This document shows, piece after piece, positions 20,605 to 30,523 of a stretch of 64,000 nucleotides of DNA. Numbering within the stretch: position 1 is the stretch's first letter; the number at the start of each line of letters is the position of its first letter. The position numbers and the translations under genes are program-made. Source of the stretch: Limnochordia bacterium (GTDB lineage Bacteria > Bacillota > Limnochordia > DTU080); NCBI GenBank assembly GCA_050951545.1, contig JBMNJG010000007.1, forward strand, positions 160,001-224,000. The letters are read 5' to 3'. The notes beneath the pieces were generated by a model. That model saw only the letters and a list, made by a program, of their open reading frames with translations, was not told the origin of the DNA and ran no database searches.

Positions 20605-21668
20605 TGGGGGGCGTGCATGTGCACGGGGGAAACGTATACAGTGCGGCGCGTCAACACGGAGTACCCCTAGATCAACTGGTCGATTTCAGTGCCAATATCA
20701 ATCCCTTAGGGCCATCACCTCAGGCCTTGGAGGCGATTAAAGACAACCTGGATCTGATCAGGCACTATCCGGATCTCGATAGTACAGAGCTCACTGAAGA
20801 ACTGGCGCGCTATTTACACGTGGAACCTGATCTCATCGTGGTAGGAAATGGAGCCGCGGAGATCATTCAGCTCGTGGCTGAAATGGTCGCACCTCGTCGC
20901 GGCCTTGTCTTCTCACCAACCTTTGCGGAGTATGCTGTCGCCATTGAACGTGTCGGTGGGCAAGTGATCAGGGCGCCTTACGATGTTGCCGAAGAGCATG
21001 TGGCCCATGCCGACATGCTCTTTTTATGCAATCCCAATAACCCCACGGGTCAATTGATGCGAAGAGACGGCGTGCAGGCCATCGTGCGTCGCGCCCAGGC
21101 ACAAGGGACGATGGCCATAGTTGACGAGGCTTTTATCGATTTCGTCGACAAGCCCGAGGTGCACACGATTCGGAGCGACGTGACCGCACATACCAACCTG
21201 ATTGTCATAGGGTCTTTGACCAAGTTTTTTGCCATACCCGGGCTTAGGGTGGGGTATGCTGTCGCACCAGCACATCTGGCGGTGAGGCTGCGCCGGGCGA
21301 AACTGCCATGGAGTGTCAACTGCCTGGCTCAGGTGGCCGCGTTGGCCTCGCTGCGCGATACCCAATACATTGCCGCAACCCGCGCATACGTAGCCAGGGA
21401 GCGAGAGGCCCTTGTAGCAGGTCTTGATAACCTTGCGGGTCCCCATGGTTTTGGGGTGTGGCCGTCGTCTGCGAATTTCGTGTTTATCAGTCTGGCGCGT
21501 ACTGGACCAACAGCCACCGAGGTGCGCAGACGTCTCGCCGCTTGCGGAATACTCGTGCGGGATTGCGGGAACTTCCCATTTCTGGACCATTACTCGTTGC
21601 GTATAGCGGTGAGAACGAGGGCTGAGAATGAGAGGCTCCTCAGAGAGCTTGCGAAAGCGCTATCTTAG
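20604..21668 (+). CDS. cobD: L-threonine-O-3-phosphate decarboxylase
   Basis: HGGN, DFSANINPLG, CNPNNPTG, VDEAFIDF, SLTKFFAIPGLRVGY; TGATG overlap with permease. Confidence 0.92.
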   Translation: MGGVHVHGGNVYSAARQHGVPLDQLVDFSANINPLGPSPQALEAIKDNLDLIRHYPDLDSTELTEELARYLHVEPDLIVVGNGAAEIIQLVAEMVAPRRGLVFSPTFAEYAVAIERVGGQVIRAPYDVAEEHVAHADMLFLCNPNNPTGQLMRRDGVQAIVRRAQAQGTMAIVDEAFIDFVDKPEVHTIRSDVTAHTNLIVIGSLTKFFAIPGLRVGYAVAPAHLAVRLRRAKLPWSVNCLAQVAALASLRDTQYIAATRAYVAREREALVAGLDNLAGPHGFGVWPSSANFVFISLARTGPTATEVRRRLAACGILVRDCGNFPFLDHYSLRIAVRTRAENERLLRELAKALS

Positions 21669-23095
21669 CGTGCCTCAGCCCAGTTGCCTGAAGAGACGAC
21701 GATGAAGTCGTAGGGGCGCTTTCCTCCGGTGGTGCGCACCAACACGTCGCGAAGACGTCCTCGTGGTCTCTTCTCAAGGCTGTGGTAGCAGATTCCGGAG
21801 GCCCATGTTTTCACTGAAGGCAGTTCCTTTTCTAGCTCTGTCCATGCGGGCAACCACATGCGCGGAGTGTCTGTCCAAAGAGGATGATGTAGCGCTATCG
21901 TTGGAGCGAATTCGCTGAATCGCTCGCGCAGCTGGGTGCAGCGAAGACGTCGAAGACCAGAAGGATTCGCCCGAGGGTTGTACACACTGAGGTCATAGGA
22001 ACCCAGGACAAGAATTCGCTCCTCCTCTGCCTCTATCAGATGGGTATCCAGATCGATGATCTGAAAGAGGTCGCGCTCCTGATGCTTGGCAGGGAAGGAG
22101 TTCCCAGTCCAGGAGACTTGGCGACTGGCTATGTCGTAGAAGGCCACAAGCTCGGCGCGCTGTGGGCGCTCGGCTCTGGCGAGACTGATCCCGATGGTGA
22201 GGGCGCGGACCTTGCCCTTGGCCGCTTCTAGTACACGCTCTGTAACCGTTCGAGCCAGGACCTGCTGTGCGGGAATAAGAAGGTCCGCGAAATCTTGATG
22301 TTGTGAACCCCAACTTACTCCACCTGACCAATCAGCAGGGAAAGGGCCACTGACAAAGCCACCAGGTGTTTGTAGGAACATCGCTTGTAGCCCGACGGGC
22401 CATTGAGAGTCTAGCACGTGCAGTAGCATGGCCTCGGCCATCCACGGTTCCACACTGCTTTCACCTTGGATGACCAGCCTGGAAATAGGCACAGATCGCG
22501 GTTTTATCCGCCTAATGGTTACACGTGGCTTCGGTTGCGGCTTCGGTTGACGTCGCTCACGCTGTCGAGCATAAGAACGGGACCGTTCTCCACCCCTGTG
22601 TGAAGTGCGTTCGAGGCCAGCTGGCTCCAGGCAGTCTGCCTGCATGCGATTTTCCGCGAGTCGAAACAGCTGTCTCAGAAAGCGCTCTACATCACCTACG
22701 GTAGACGGGGCATCAATACGTACCAGCGTGTCTCCCATGAGACGCTCAAAACTGCTTCGACGCTCGGTGTTGCGGTTATCTCGCTTCCTGGGCTGGTATC
22801 GCCAGGAAAGAACCGGGCCATCAGGTAATCTGTCGTACTGGTGTACCTGTGCTACTGGGGTGGAGCGGTCTCTTGGATACAGCACACAGTAGTAGTTGCC
22901 GTCGTGATACAGGTCGCCCAGAAGAACGTGAAGGACAGATCCATCACTGCGCTCGACACGATGTACGGAGATCAAGGTTTTTTCTGCTAGCCCTCGAAAG
23001 GAGGATTCGGCTGGACTCAGCTGAAAGGCTGGAGATCTCTGTCGGCGGTACTGCTCCAGGAGCAGCGTGATTCCCACTGCATCGCTTCTGTTCAA
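21665..23095 (-). CDS. Two-domain hypothetical protein; C-terminal part possibly nitrilase-like fold
   Basis: 476 aa ORF with GAGGTG RBS; basic linker; fold call is by-eye inference only. Confidence 0.7.
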   Translation of the reverse strand: MNRSDAVGITLLLEQYRRQRSPAFQLSPAESSFRGLAEKTLISVHRVERSDGSVLHVLLGDLYHDGNYYCVLYPRDRSTPVAQVHQYDRLPDGPVLSWRYQPRKRDNRNTERRSSFERLMGDTLVRIDAPSTVGDVERFLRQLFRLAENRMQADCLEPAGLERTSHRGGERSRSYARQRERRQPKPQPKPRVTIRRIKPRSVPISRLVIQGESSVEPWMAEAMLLHVLDSQWPVGLQAMFLQTPGGFVSGPFPADWSGGVSWGSQHQDFADLLIPAQQVLARTVTERVLEAAKGKVRALTIGISLARAERPQRAELVAFYDIASRQVSWTGNSFPAKHQERDLFQIIDLDTHLIEAEEERILVLGSYDLSVYNPRANPSGLRRLRCTQLRERFSEFAPTIALHHPLWTDTPRMWLPAWTELEKELPSVKTWASGICYHSLEKRPRGRLRDVLVRTTGGKRPYDFIVVSSGNWAEAR

Positions 23096-23252
23096 TTGTT
23101 AATTCACCTCTGGCTGTTTTCGGTACTCTAGTCTATCTTCTTCTGGATGGGGGGGCCGAAGTCCTGGATTTCATCAGGGAACCCCTTCATTAAGCCGTTT
23201 CCTGGCGTCCTTGGGTATTATTGGCTGATCACGGGGAGGGTATGATGCGGAT

Positions 23253-25361
23253 ATGACACTGCCTCAAGACTACCTCGAGCGGGTCTACGCTGGCGCCTTG
23301 GGTAAGATCATAGGCGTCTATCTGGGGCGGCCCTTTGAGGGGTGGTCTCATACACGAATAGAGTCCGAACTGGGCTCGGTTAACTACTATGTGCATGAGC
23401 GACTTGGAAAACCGCTGGTAGTTAGCGACGACGACATCTCAGGTACTTTTTCTTTCCTGCGGGCTCTATCCGATTACGGTAATCCCCGTGATATCACTCC
23501 CACACAGATTGGACAGACGTGGCTCAATTACCTCATCGAGAATCGGACAGTCCTGTGGTGGGGTGGGTTGGGCACGTCAACGGAACACACAGCATATCTG
23601 CGTCTGAAAAACGGCATTCCTGCACCTGATAGCGGCTCTATGGCATTGAATGGTCAAGTGGTGGCAGAACAGATCGGTGCCCAGATCTTTATTGACGGCT
23701 GGGGCATGGCTGCGCCGGGCGATCCGGAGCTGGCTGCGCGCTTAGCTGAGTGTGCTGCCAGCGTAAGTCACGACGGTGAAGCAATCTATGGGGCCCAGGT
23801 GGTGGCTGCGCTCGAAGCCATGGCTTTCGTCGAGGATGATCTGCATAAGATGCTTGATGTAGCCGTGAGCCTGATACCGCAAGATTCGGTGATCTATCAG
23901 TTGATCGCTGATATGCGTAGATGGCACAGCGACGAACCCGACTGGCGCGTGACGCGTCAGCAACTGGAGGGCAAATATGGCTATCACCTTTATGGTGGTG
24001 GCTGTCACATCGTGCCTAACCACGCTCTAGTGATGCTGGGCTTGCTGTATGGAGATGGCGACTTTCAGAAGGCACTGATGGTCACCAACACCAGTGGCTG
24101 GGACACTGACTGCAATTCGGGCAATGTGGGCTGCTTCATGGGTATCTGGAAGGGTCTGGCGGGCATTGAAGCAGGTCCTGATTGGCGTACGCCAGTGGCC
24201 GACCGGCTGCTATTGCCTACTGCAGATGGTGGGCGTTGCGTCACCGATGCCGTGATCGAGGCCTACAGCATTGTGAACACTGGTCGGGCCCTTGTTGGAT
24301 TGGCGCCGTTGGCTTCTAAAGCTGGGGCTCGCTTCCATTTCGAGTTGCCCGGGTCTTTGCAGGGCTGGCAGGTGGAGGAGAGTGTTGAGTCTCGAGGCAC
24401 AGCCGTGTTGGAGAACGTGGCCGGGGGCAGTAGACGGGGGCTTCGGAGTCTGGCAGTGCGATACCACCACGTGGCTACTGGCCGGGTGGCCAGGGTGGCT
24501 ACTCCCACATTTCTGGCGCCCGAGTATCTGACAGCTTCGGGCTACGGTGTCGTTGCTTCGCCTACCCTCTATTCGGGCCAGCAGCTGAGCGCTGGCCTGA
24601 GCGCCGACGCAGCCAATGTCGGAAGCATCGTTTGCACGCTCTACATCCGAGTCTACCAGACAGAGCAGCAACTCGGCTTGGTGCGGGGCCAGAGCGTAGA
24701 GCTGCAGCCTGGCACTCAGCGGGAGTTAGACTGGCGTATTCCAGATACGGATGGGTTGCCGATCGGCCAGGTAGGGTTGGAGCTGAGCTCGCCATCAGGA
24801 TCACGAGCAGATGGGAGCATCTATCTGGACTACCTGGGGTGGACTGGCACGCCTGATCTCACATGGAGTGCGAGAGGGGGTCCCATCTCTCTGCGCGCCT
24901 GGACTGACGGCGTTGACCGCTTTGGTCTTGAAGGCCAGGGTTATCGCCTGATTCAGAATCAGGGGATCGGTTTGGCGATACAAGGGGCTCGGCAGTGGGG
25001 TGACTACCGGCTCTCCACGCAGGTGAGGCCACACATGGTGAAGTCAGCGGGCATTGCCGTACGTGTTCAGGGGATGCGTCGTTACTATGCGCTTCTCCTG
25101 TGCGCAGATGGCACGGTGCGTCTCGTGAAGGCGCTAGATGGGTACCATGTCCTTGGCGAGAGCCCTTTTTCGTGGCAGTTCGGGCACTCCTACGAGCTGA
25201 CGATTGAGGTAGCGGGTGCTCATTTGCGGGCAGCAGTAGATGGTGTGTGCCTCTTCTCATTTGCGGATGATCAGAGACCACTGCTTGAGGGTGCTGTGGC
25301 TATGATCTGTGAAGAAGGGCGGACAGCTTTTGGGCCAGTGGAGATCTCTCCACTCAGGTAG
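23253..25361 (+). CDS. ADP-ribosylglycohydrolase family protein with C-terminal beta-rich domains
   Basis: VSDDDISGT, ASVSHDGEA, GWDTDCNSGNVG; GGGGAGGG RBS. Confidence 0.9.
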   Translation: MTLPQDYLERVYAGALGKIIGVYLGRPFEGWSHTRIESELGSVNYYVHERLGKPLVVSDDDISGTFSFLRALSDYGNPRDITPTQIGQTWLNYLIENRTVLWWGGLGTSTEHTAYLRLKNGIPAPDSGSMALNGQVVAEQIGAQIFIDGWGMAAPGDPELAARLAECAASVSHDGEAIYGAQVVAALEAMAFVEDDLHKMLDVAVSLIPQDSVIYQLIADMRRWHSDEPDWRVTRQQLEGKYGYHLYGGGCHIVPNHALVMLGLLYGDGDFQKALMVTNTSGWDTDCNSGNVGCFMGIWKGLAGIEAGPDWRTPVADRLLLPTADGGRCVTDAVIEAYSIVNTGRALVGLAPLASKAGARFHFELPGSLQGWQVEESVESRGTAVLENVAGGSRRGLRSLAVRYHHVATGRVARVATPTFLAPEYLTASGYGVVASPTLYSGQQLSAGLSADAANVGSIVCTLYIRVYQTEQQLGLVRGQSVELQPGTQRELDWRIPDTDGLPIGQVGLELSSPSGSRADGSIYLDYLGWTGTPDLTWSARGGPISLRAWTDGVDRFGLEGQGYRLIQNQGIGLAIQGARQWGDYRLSTQVRPHMVKSAGIAVRVQGMRRYYALLLCADGTVRLVKALDGYHVLGESPFSWQFGHSYELTIEVAGAHLRAAVDGVCLFSFADDQRPLLEGAVAMICEEGRTAFGPVEISPLR

Positions 25362-25387
25362 ACGCAGGTTAGAGTATTTTCGGGCAT

Positions 25388-25421
25388 GACGTCCCAGGCA
25401 TTCGCTTCTACCTGGGACGTC
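25388..25421. terminator. Hairpin between convergent genes
   Basis: GACGTCCCAGG/CCTGGGACGTC perfect 11-bp stem. Confidence 0.65.
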
Positions 25422-25438
25422 TCCATAGTTGTGCTTTC

Positions 25439-25675
25439 CTAGGCAAGCGGTGCAGTCTCCTCGGGTCGTATCCAGCAGATGCTAGCGACACGGATGAAGT
25501 GCGTTCCGTCCTCATTGGTGACCGTCACATGGCCAGGCGAGACACTCCGCAACGTGCCGACGACGTTGCCATAGGGTGTGGTGACCTCTACCCGTCGTCC
25601 GATGAAGGCGGGTATGCGGTTGGTGAAGCGCCGTCGTCGTCGGCGATAGGCTTTGATACGGGTCAAGGCGTCCAC
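25439..25675 (-). CDS. YuzF/DUF2642-like small protein
   Basis: FIGRRVEVTTPYGNVVGTLRSVSPGHVTV...FIRVASICWI pattern; start may be TTG 25666. Confidence 0.7.
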   Translation of the reverse strand: MDALTRIKAYRRRRRRFTNRIPAFIGRRVEVTTPYGNVVGTLRSVSPGHVTVTNEDGTHFIRVASICWIRPEETAPLA

Positions 25676-25792
25676 TTCCTTTGAGAGTCCTTCTACGCTG
25701 CACCATCGTCATGAGCGCCCCGCATTATCATAGTCTGTGGCGGGCAGCCACCCGCAGGGCCGGGCGCCCATGCGCGGCTCCAGTACGCCACC

Positions 25793-25820
25793 ACTGTATG
25801 CAACTCGTGGCGCGCTGGTC
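25793..25820 (-). promoter_or_regulatory. Candidate sigma-K/sigma-E type promoter
   Basis: Minus strand GACC-N16-CATACAGT fits the AC-N16/17-CATAnnnT consensus; lies upstream of the DUF2642-like gene. Confidence 0.35.
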
Positions 25821-25904
25821 TCTAGCAGATAACCGCTTCTCGCTCGGTCGTGTCGCCCTGCCCTTAGTGTCTAGCTCTTTGCTTGTTGGGGATAGGCCTT
25901 TGTG

Positions 25905-26087
25905 CTAGTAGTCGTCATAGTCGCGGCGGTAGCTGCGCCGACGGCATCTGGTGATCATTTCCTGGCGCCAACGGCAGGGAATGCATGAGGTGGGCTTGGG
26001 TCTTCTGCCGGATCTGATGGGACGGCGGTCGCAACAGATGACCACGCACTCGCCTGGACGCACTTTGATGACTCGACGTACGCGCAT
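25905..26087 (-). CDS. Small Arg/Cys-rich protein (60 aa), possibly spore coat
   Basis: GGAGGGGGGG RBS before ATG 26087; MRVRRVIKVRPGECVVICCDRR...YRRDYDDY. Confidence 0.6.
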   Translation of the reverse strand: MRVRRVIKVRPGECVVICCDRRPIRSGRRPKPTSCIPCRWRQEMITRCRRRSYRRDYDDY

Positions 26088-26293
26088 ATTACCCCCCCTC
26101 CAATGCAGATTGCTTGGCCAGCCATCACTGAGCGTCCTCGCTAAGAAGGCTTGGCGTCGGATGCTCATGCACGGCCAATCTAGATTACGCTGCACTAGGA
26201 CGGTTGGCACAGGCGTTCGCGACTATTTGCTTCCGTTGGGATAATGCAGCGGCACCGCTAGAGTAGCCAGTGCCGCTGTTTTGAGTGTGCCGA

Positions 26294-27271
26294 TCAGAGT
26301 GCATTGGGGTCGAGCCAGACATGGCAGATGCGCTCTCGTCGATGAGTGTAGGTGATGTGCAGTAGGCCGTCTTGCCCGACGATCACAGCTGGGTAGGAGT
26401 ACTCACCAGGCTCGTCCTCCAAGATAATGTGTCGTCCCCAGTTTCTGCCGCGATCCTCGGAGACTCTGATCCATAGCGGGGATCGTCCCGTTTCTGTAGG
26501 GTTATAGACCATGACCAGGCGCCCGTCAGCAAGGGTTACAGCATCGATACCGCTGTCTGGGTTGGGCAATTCCGTGGGGGTAGCCATCGCCCACGTTCGG
26601 CCATCGTCGAAGGAATGACTGCGCCAAATGCGCCCGGTGTTGGTGCGAAAGTACATCTGCAACTCCCCATCAGGCCAGCTCACCAAGGTGGGCTGGATGA
26701 TGTCGGGGTGGTCGTCGGGCGTGGGTACAGGTCCGTGGAAGCTCCACTGGTTCGAGGCGTCATGATAGACGCACAAGACGCTGTTGTCCTCACGGTCGCT
26801 GTAGGCTGGTATGGCTAGCTCTCCCGTACGCAGACGCAGGGGCTTGTTCTTGATGAGAAAGCTCCACTGGTCTTTCAGAAGAAGAGGTGTCGACCAGGTC
26901 CAGCCTCCATCGGTGGATTGGCAGACGTAGGTCATGCAGTCGAGGCACCAGCCGCGTCCGTGCCGATCTTCGCTGCGGATGTAGAAGAGCCAGATGGTCT
27001 CTTCAGTGGCGTCAGGTCCCGGTTCCACAAAGAGAGCCGCGTTGCCGTAGGGGCGGGGCACCGTCATACCAGCAATGGCTCGCATATCTCGCCATTCGTC
27101 GTCTTGGGGGCGCTTGCGGCCAGACAAAACCACCGATTCCGGGTGATTTTCATAGGGTCCACCGAACCAAGCGGAAATGAACTCACCGTTGATACGCTGT
27201 GCAATAGTGGATCCATGACATGAAGGGTAGCCGGGCAGACGTTCATAGAGAAACTCCTTTTTCAAAGCCAA
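26294..27271 (-). CDS. BNR/Asp-box repeat exo-alpha-sialidase-like protein
   Basis: Asp boxes STDGGWTW, SFDDGRTW, SEDRGRNW; LPNPDSG, EYSYP; AGGAGGTG RBS. Confidence 0.9.
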   Translation of the reverse strand: MALKKEFLYERLPGYPSCHGSTIAQRINGEFISAWFGGPYENHPESVVLSGRKRPQDDEWRDMRAIAGMTVPRPYGNAALFVEPGPDATEETIWLFYIRSEDRHGRGWCLDCMTYVCQSTDGGWTWSTPLLLKDQWSFLIKNKPLRLRTGELAIPAYSDREDNSVLCVYHDASNQWSFHGPVPTPDDHPDIIQPTLVSWPDGELQMYFRTNTGRIWRSHSFDDGRTWAMATPTELPNPDSGIDAVTLADGRLVMVYNPTETGRSPLWIRVSEDRGRNWGRHIILEDEPGEYSYPAVIVGQDGLLHITYTHRRERICHVWLDPNAL

Positions 27272-27438
27272 GGTCTGTGCACCTCCTGGTGAAGTCTTGG
27301 ATTGCCACCTGTGAAGGTCCTCTCCTTTTCAGGGGCGAATACGGTTTCCCAGCAGGGGCATCGTTCTGTTCATGGCTAGTGTGATCCTGCTTGTTGAGAC
27401 GACGGGTCCTAGACAACGTGAAAGGGAGTGCATACAGC

Positions 27439-28287
27439 ATGTCCGACCAGCGGTACCTGATCATTCACGCTGATGATATCGGTATGTGTCATTCGGTTAA
27501 CGCGGCCACCTTTCAGGCTATGACCGACGGTGTGGCCAGCAGTGGCAGTGTCATGGTGCCTTGCCCATGGTTTCCGGAGGCGGCTGCCTGGGCCCGCGAG
27601 CACCCGCAAGCGGACCTCGGCATTCACCTTACATTAACTAGCGAGTGGCGTTACTATCGCTGGCGTCCAGTGGCTCCTCTCGAGAGCGTGCGCTCCCTAG
27701 TGGACGACGAGGGGTTCATGTGGCGCTCTACACGGGAAGTGATCCAACACGCAGATCCCAGAGAGGTTGAGCTTGAGGTCAGGTCGCAGATCGAGCGAGC
27801 CCTGGCCTTTGGTATGCAGCCTACGCATGCCGACTCGCACATGGGTACACTCTTTTACGACCCGCGTTTTTTTGAGATCTACGTGCGGGTCAGCCGAGAG
27901 TACGGTATCGCGCCCATGCTGATGGAGCTGACTGCGGAGCAGGTGGATGAGGCGCGTCGGCTCGGGGTGGATCTGCCGGGGCAGATGGCCCTCTCCAGGA
28001 AAGGTGCACCGTACCTTGACCGACTGATTCTCAGTGCGCAAGGGAACACCTTGGAGGAGCGTACTGCTGACTTCTACCGTCTGCTTGAGTCGCTCACACC
28101 TGGCGTCACCCAGATTATCGTTCATCTGATGCACGACGACGGGGAGGGGCGCCAAATCGCTTACAGCTGGCAGCGGCGCTACTGCGAGTTCCTCATCTGT
28201 ACCGCAGATGAGACAAAAGCTATACTCAATGCTCTAGGGGTCCAGTTGGTTGGCCACCGGGAACTCAAAGGGTTGCGACTAGAGTGA
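27439..28287 (+). CDS. YdjC/ChbG family carbohydrate deacetylase
   Basis: LIIHADDIG, GIHLTLTSEW, PTHADSHMG. Confidence 0.9.
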   Translation: MSDQRYLIIHADDIGMCHSVNAATFQAMTDGVASSGSVMVPCPWFPEAAAWAREHPQADLGIHLTLTSEWRYYRWRPVAPLESVRSLVDDEGFMWRSTREVIQHADPREVELEVRSQIERALAFGMQPTHADSHMGTLFYDPRFFEIYVRVSREYGIAPMLMELTAEQVDEARRLGVDLPGQMALSRKGAPYLDRLILSAQGNTLEERTADFYRLLESLTPGVTQIIVHLMHDDGEGRQIAYSWQRRYCEFLICTADETKAILNALGVQLVGHRELKGLRLE

Positions 28288-28303
28288 TTTGGGAGGGTGT
28301 CTG

Positions 28304-29065
28304 TTGCTTCTTGACATGCATGTGCATACGACGGCCTACTCCACCTGCGCGAATATGTCACCGCACGAGATGGCTGAGCGCGCTCGCGAAGTTGGCCTTG
28401 ATGGGGTTGTCATCACAGAACACAATGTGATCTGGTCGGATGAGGAAATGGCCGAGTTGCGGGATCGTTTTCCTGATCTTGTCTTCTTTCGAGGTGTGGA
28501 GGTCAGTGCCAAAGGGCATCATGTGCTTTTGTATGGCATTACCGATTTCTCTGGTTTTGAGGCGAGAATGCCTGTGCAGGATGTGGTGGCTGAGGCACAC
28601 AATCGGGGGGCTGTTGCCGTGTGGGCTCATCCCCTTCAGCACTCATTGACCCCGAGCTCGGAAGGCCTGCGAGCGGGATTTGACGCCTGTGAGACGCGGA
28701 GCGTCAACATCGATCGGCTAGAGCGGGACAAGTATCGTCAGCTTGCCAAGCGTCTGGGTATCCCAGAGATGGCCAACAGTGATGCACACCATACCCAGAC
28801 TCTGGGAGCCTATGCCACGCGCTTCACTGGCCCTTTGGGTGATGAGAAAGACATAGCGGATGCTATTAGGCGGGGCGCCTTTTGCGCCGAAGAGCGGCCG
28901 CAGTGGAGCGAGACTGCATCGGTGCTGCGGGAGCAGTTGTGGCATCGGAAGATCAGGGCCATGCTTGCTCGGGGTATCACAGACCCTGTGGAGGTCAAGC
29001 GCAAGACGGGGGCCTCTCTACAGCGTATTCATCAGATTGTCGTCCAGAAGGAGGCGGGTAGGTAG
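28304..29065 (+). CDS. PHP domain metallophosphoesterase
   Basis: DMHVHT, ITEHN, GVEVS, AHP, NSDAH. Confidence 0.9.
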   Translation: MLLDMHVHTTAYSTCANMSPHEMAERAREVGLDGVVITEHNVIWSDEEMAELRDRFPDLVFFRGVEVSAKGHHVLLYGITDFSGFEARMPVQDVVAEAHNRGAVAVWAHPLQHSLTPSSEGLRAGFDACETRSVNIDRLERDKYRQLAKRLGIPEMANSDAHHTQTLGAYATRFTGPLGDEKDIADAIRRGAFCAEERPQWSETASVLREQLWHRKIRAMLARGITDPVEVKRKTGASLQRIHQIVVQKEAGR

Positions 29066-29087
29066 TGTCTACAGTGGCGTTCGCGCC

Positions 29088-30482
29088 TCAAGTCGTAGCC
29101 TGTAGCACTGAGGCCTGTTTCCAACGTCCTGCCCTGAACCAAATAGCCCCTACGAAGAAGAACAACACGTTCGTCAGCGGCAGGGCAATCCAATAGCCGT
29201 TGGCGCCGTAGCCCCACCGGTAGCTCATGGCAATCGCGAGAGGGATCTGAAACAGCCAACGTCCTGCGAAGGTGAGCACCGCGGGCGGTACGGTCTGGCC
29301 CGCGCCTCGGAAGGCCCCTTGCACAACGTCCAGCGCTCCCCAGAAGCCAAAGGAGAAGACGTGCAAGCGCAAAAACCTAGCGGCAGTAGAAGCTACCTCG
29401 TCACTCACGTGAAAGACTCCGATAATGGGCTCTGCAAACACGTAGAGGAGCATAGCTACTGCAGTGAGAAAGGCAAACATTACACCGGCACCGACCCAGG
29501 CCACGCGTTCCGCGCGCTCAGGGGTATTGGCGCCCAGATTCTGGCCTACACCAGCGGCCGCGGCCTGTTCCATGGCTCCCGAAGAGGTCCATACTACCGA
29601 CATCAGTCTGTTGACCAGGCCGTAGGCAGCTGCTTCGACGGGGCCAAAGCGGGATACGATGCCAGCCACCATAACCGAGGACACGCCTCGGGCACCCATG
29701 TCGAGCGACCCCGGTAACCCCAAAGCCGCAATGCGGCGTAATAGCGACCAGTCGGGTAAGAAGTGCATCGGTCTGAGCCGTAGGCCCAGCCGGCCACTGG
29801 CGAGGTGAAGCAGGCTGAGCACGGCTCCCAAGAGCATACTCAACCAGGTGGCCCAAGCGGCACCCACCACACCTAGAGCAGGTAACCCCAGCCAGCCATG
29901 AATGAGGAAAGGGTCTAGTACGACGTTGAGGAGCGTGGTGAGCAGCAGAAGATTGCGGGGGGTTTTGCTGTTCCCGCTCCCCTGGGAAACCGAGCGATAG
30001 GCTAGGTAAATGTAGTTGAAGGGAAGAGCGGATAACACGATCAAGAGATAGGCTGATCCGAGCTCCAAGACCTCGCCAGTGGCTCCCATAAGCGTGAGGA
30101 TGGTCTTGCGCAGTAGGATGCCCAGGCTGCCCAGAAACACTGCCACTACACAGGCGAGTAACACCACTTGTCCGGCGGTGCGCCCAACCTCATCGTGCTG
30201 GCCCGCCCCGGTGTATTGTGCCACAAAGGTGCTGCCAGCGATGGTCACGCCCAGCCCAAAAGAGAACGTCAACCACACGGTGGGATACGTCATGGCCACC
30301 GCGGCGACAGCCTCCGTGCCCACACCGGATACCCAGTACATGTCGGCGAGGTTGTAGAAAGTGTTGAGGATGTTGCCCACAAAAAGCGGCCAAGCAAGTG
30401 TCACCAGCCGCTGCATGATCGGACCTTCGGTGAGGTCTAGGCGGATACGATTGTTCCAACGATGATTTGCAGATTCTGCCAT
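29088..30482 (-). CDS. MATE family efflux transporter
   Basis: DLTEGPI, LNVVLDPFLI, GVVGAAWAT, GQNLGA; multiple TM segments. Confidence 0.95.
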   Translation of the reverse strand: MAESANHRWNNRIRLDLTEGPIMQRLVTLAWPLFVGNILNTFYNLADMYWVSGVGTEAVAAVAMTYPTVWLTFSFGLGVTIAGSTFVAQYTGAGQHDEVGRTAGQVVLLACVVAVFLGSLGILLRKTILTLMGATGEVLELGSAYLLIVLSALPFNYIYLAYRSVSQGSGNSKTPRNLLLLTTLLNVVLDPFLIHGWLGLPALGVVGAAWATWLSMLLGAVLSLLHLASGRLGLRLRPMHFLPDWSLLRRIAALGLPGSLDMGARGVSSVMVAGIVSRFGPVEAAAYGLVNRLMSVVWTSSGAMEQAAAAGVGQNLGANTPERAERVAWVGAGVMFAFLTAVAMLLYVFAEPIIGVFHVSDEVASTAARFLRLHVFSFGFWGALDVVQGAFRGAGQTVPPAVLTFAGRWLFQIPLAIAMSYRWGYGANGYWIALPLTNVLFFFVGAIWFRAGRWKQASVLQATT

Positions 30483-30523
30483 ACCCCTTTGTTCGCTCGG
30501 ACATGCTGCTCTTCCTGCACTAT

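Noticed and set aside
30490-30520. Sigma-H-like promoter GCAGGA-N18-GAAC before the MATE gene
   Set aside because: Short degenerate match lying very close to the RBS; cannot be distinguished from chance
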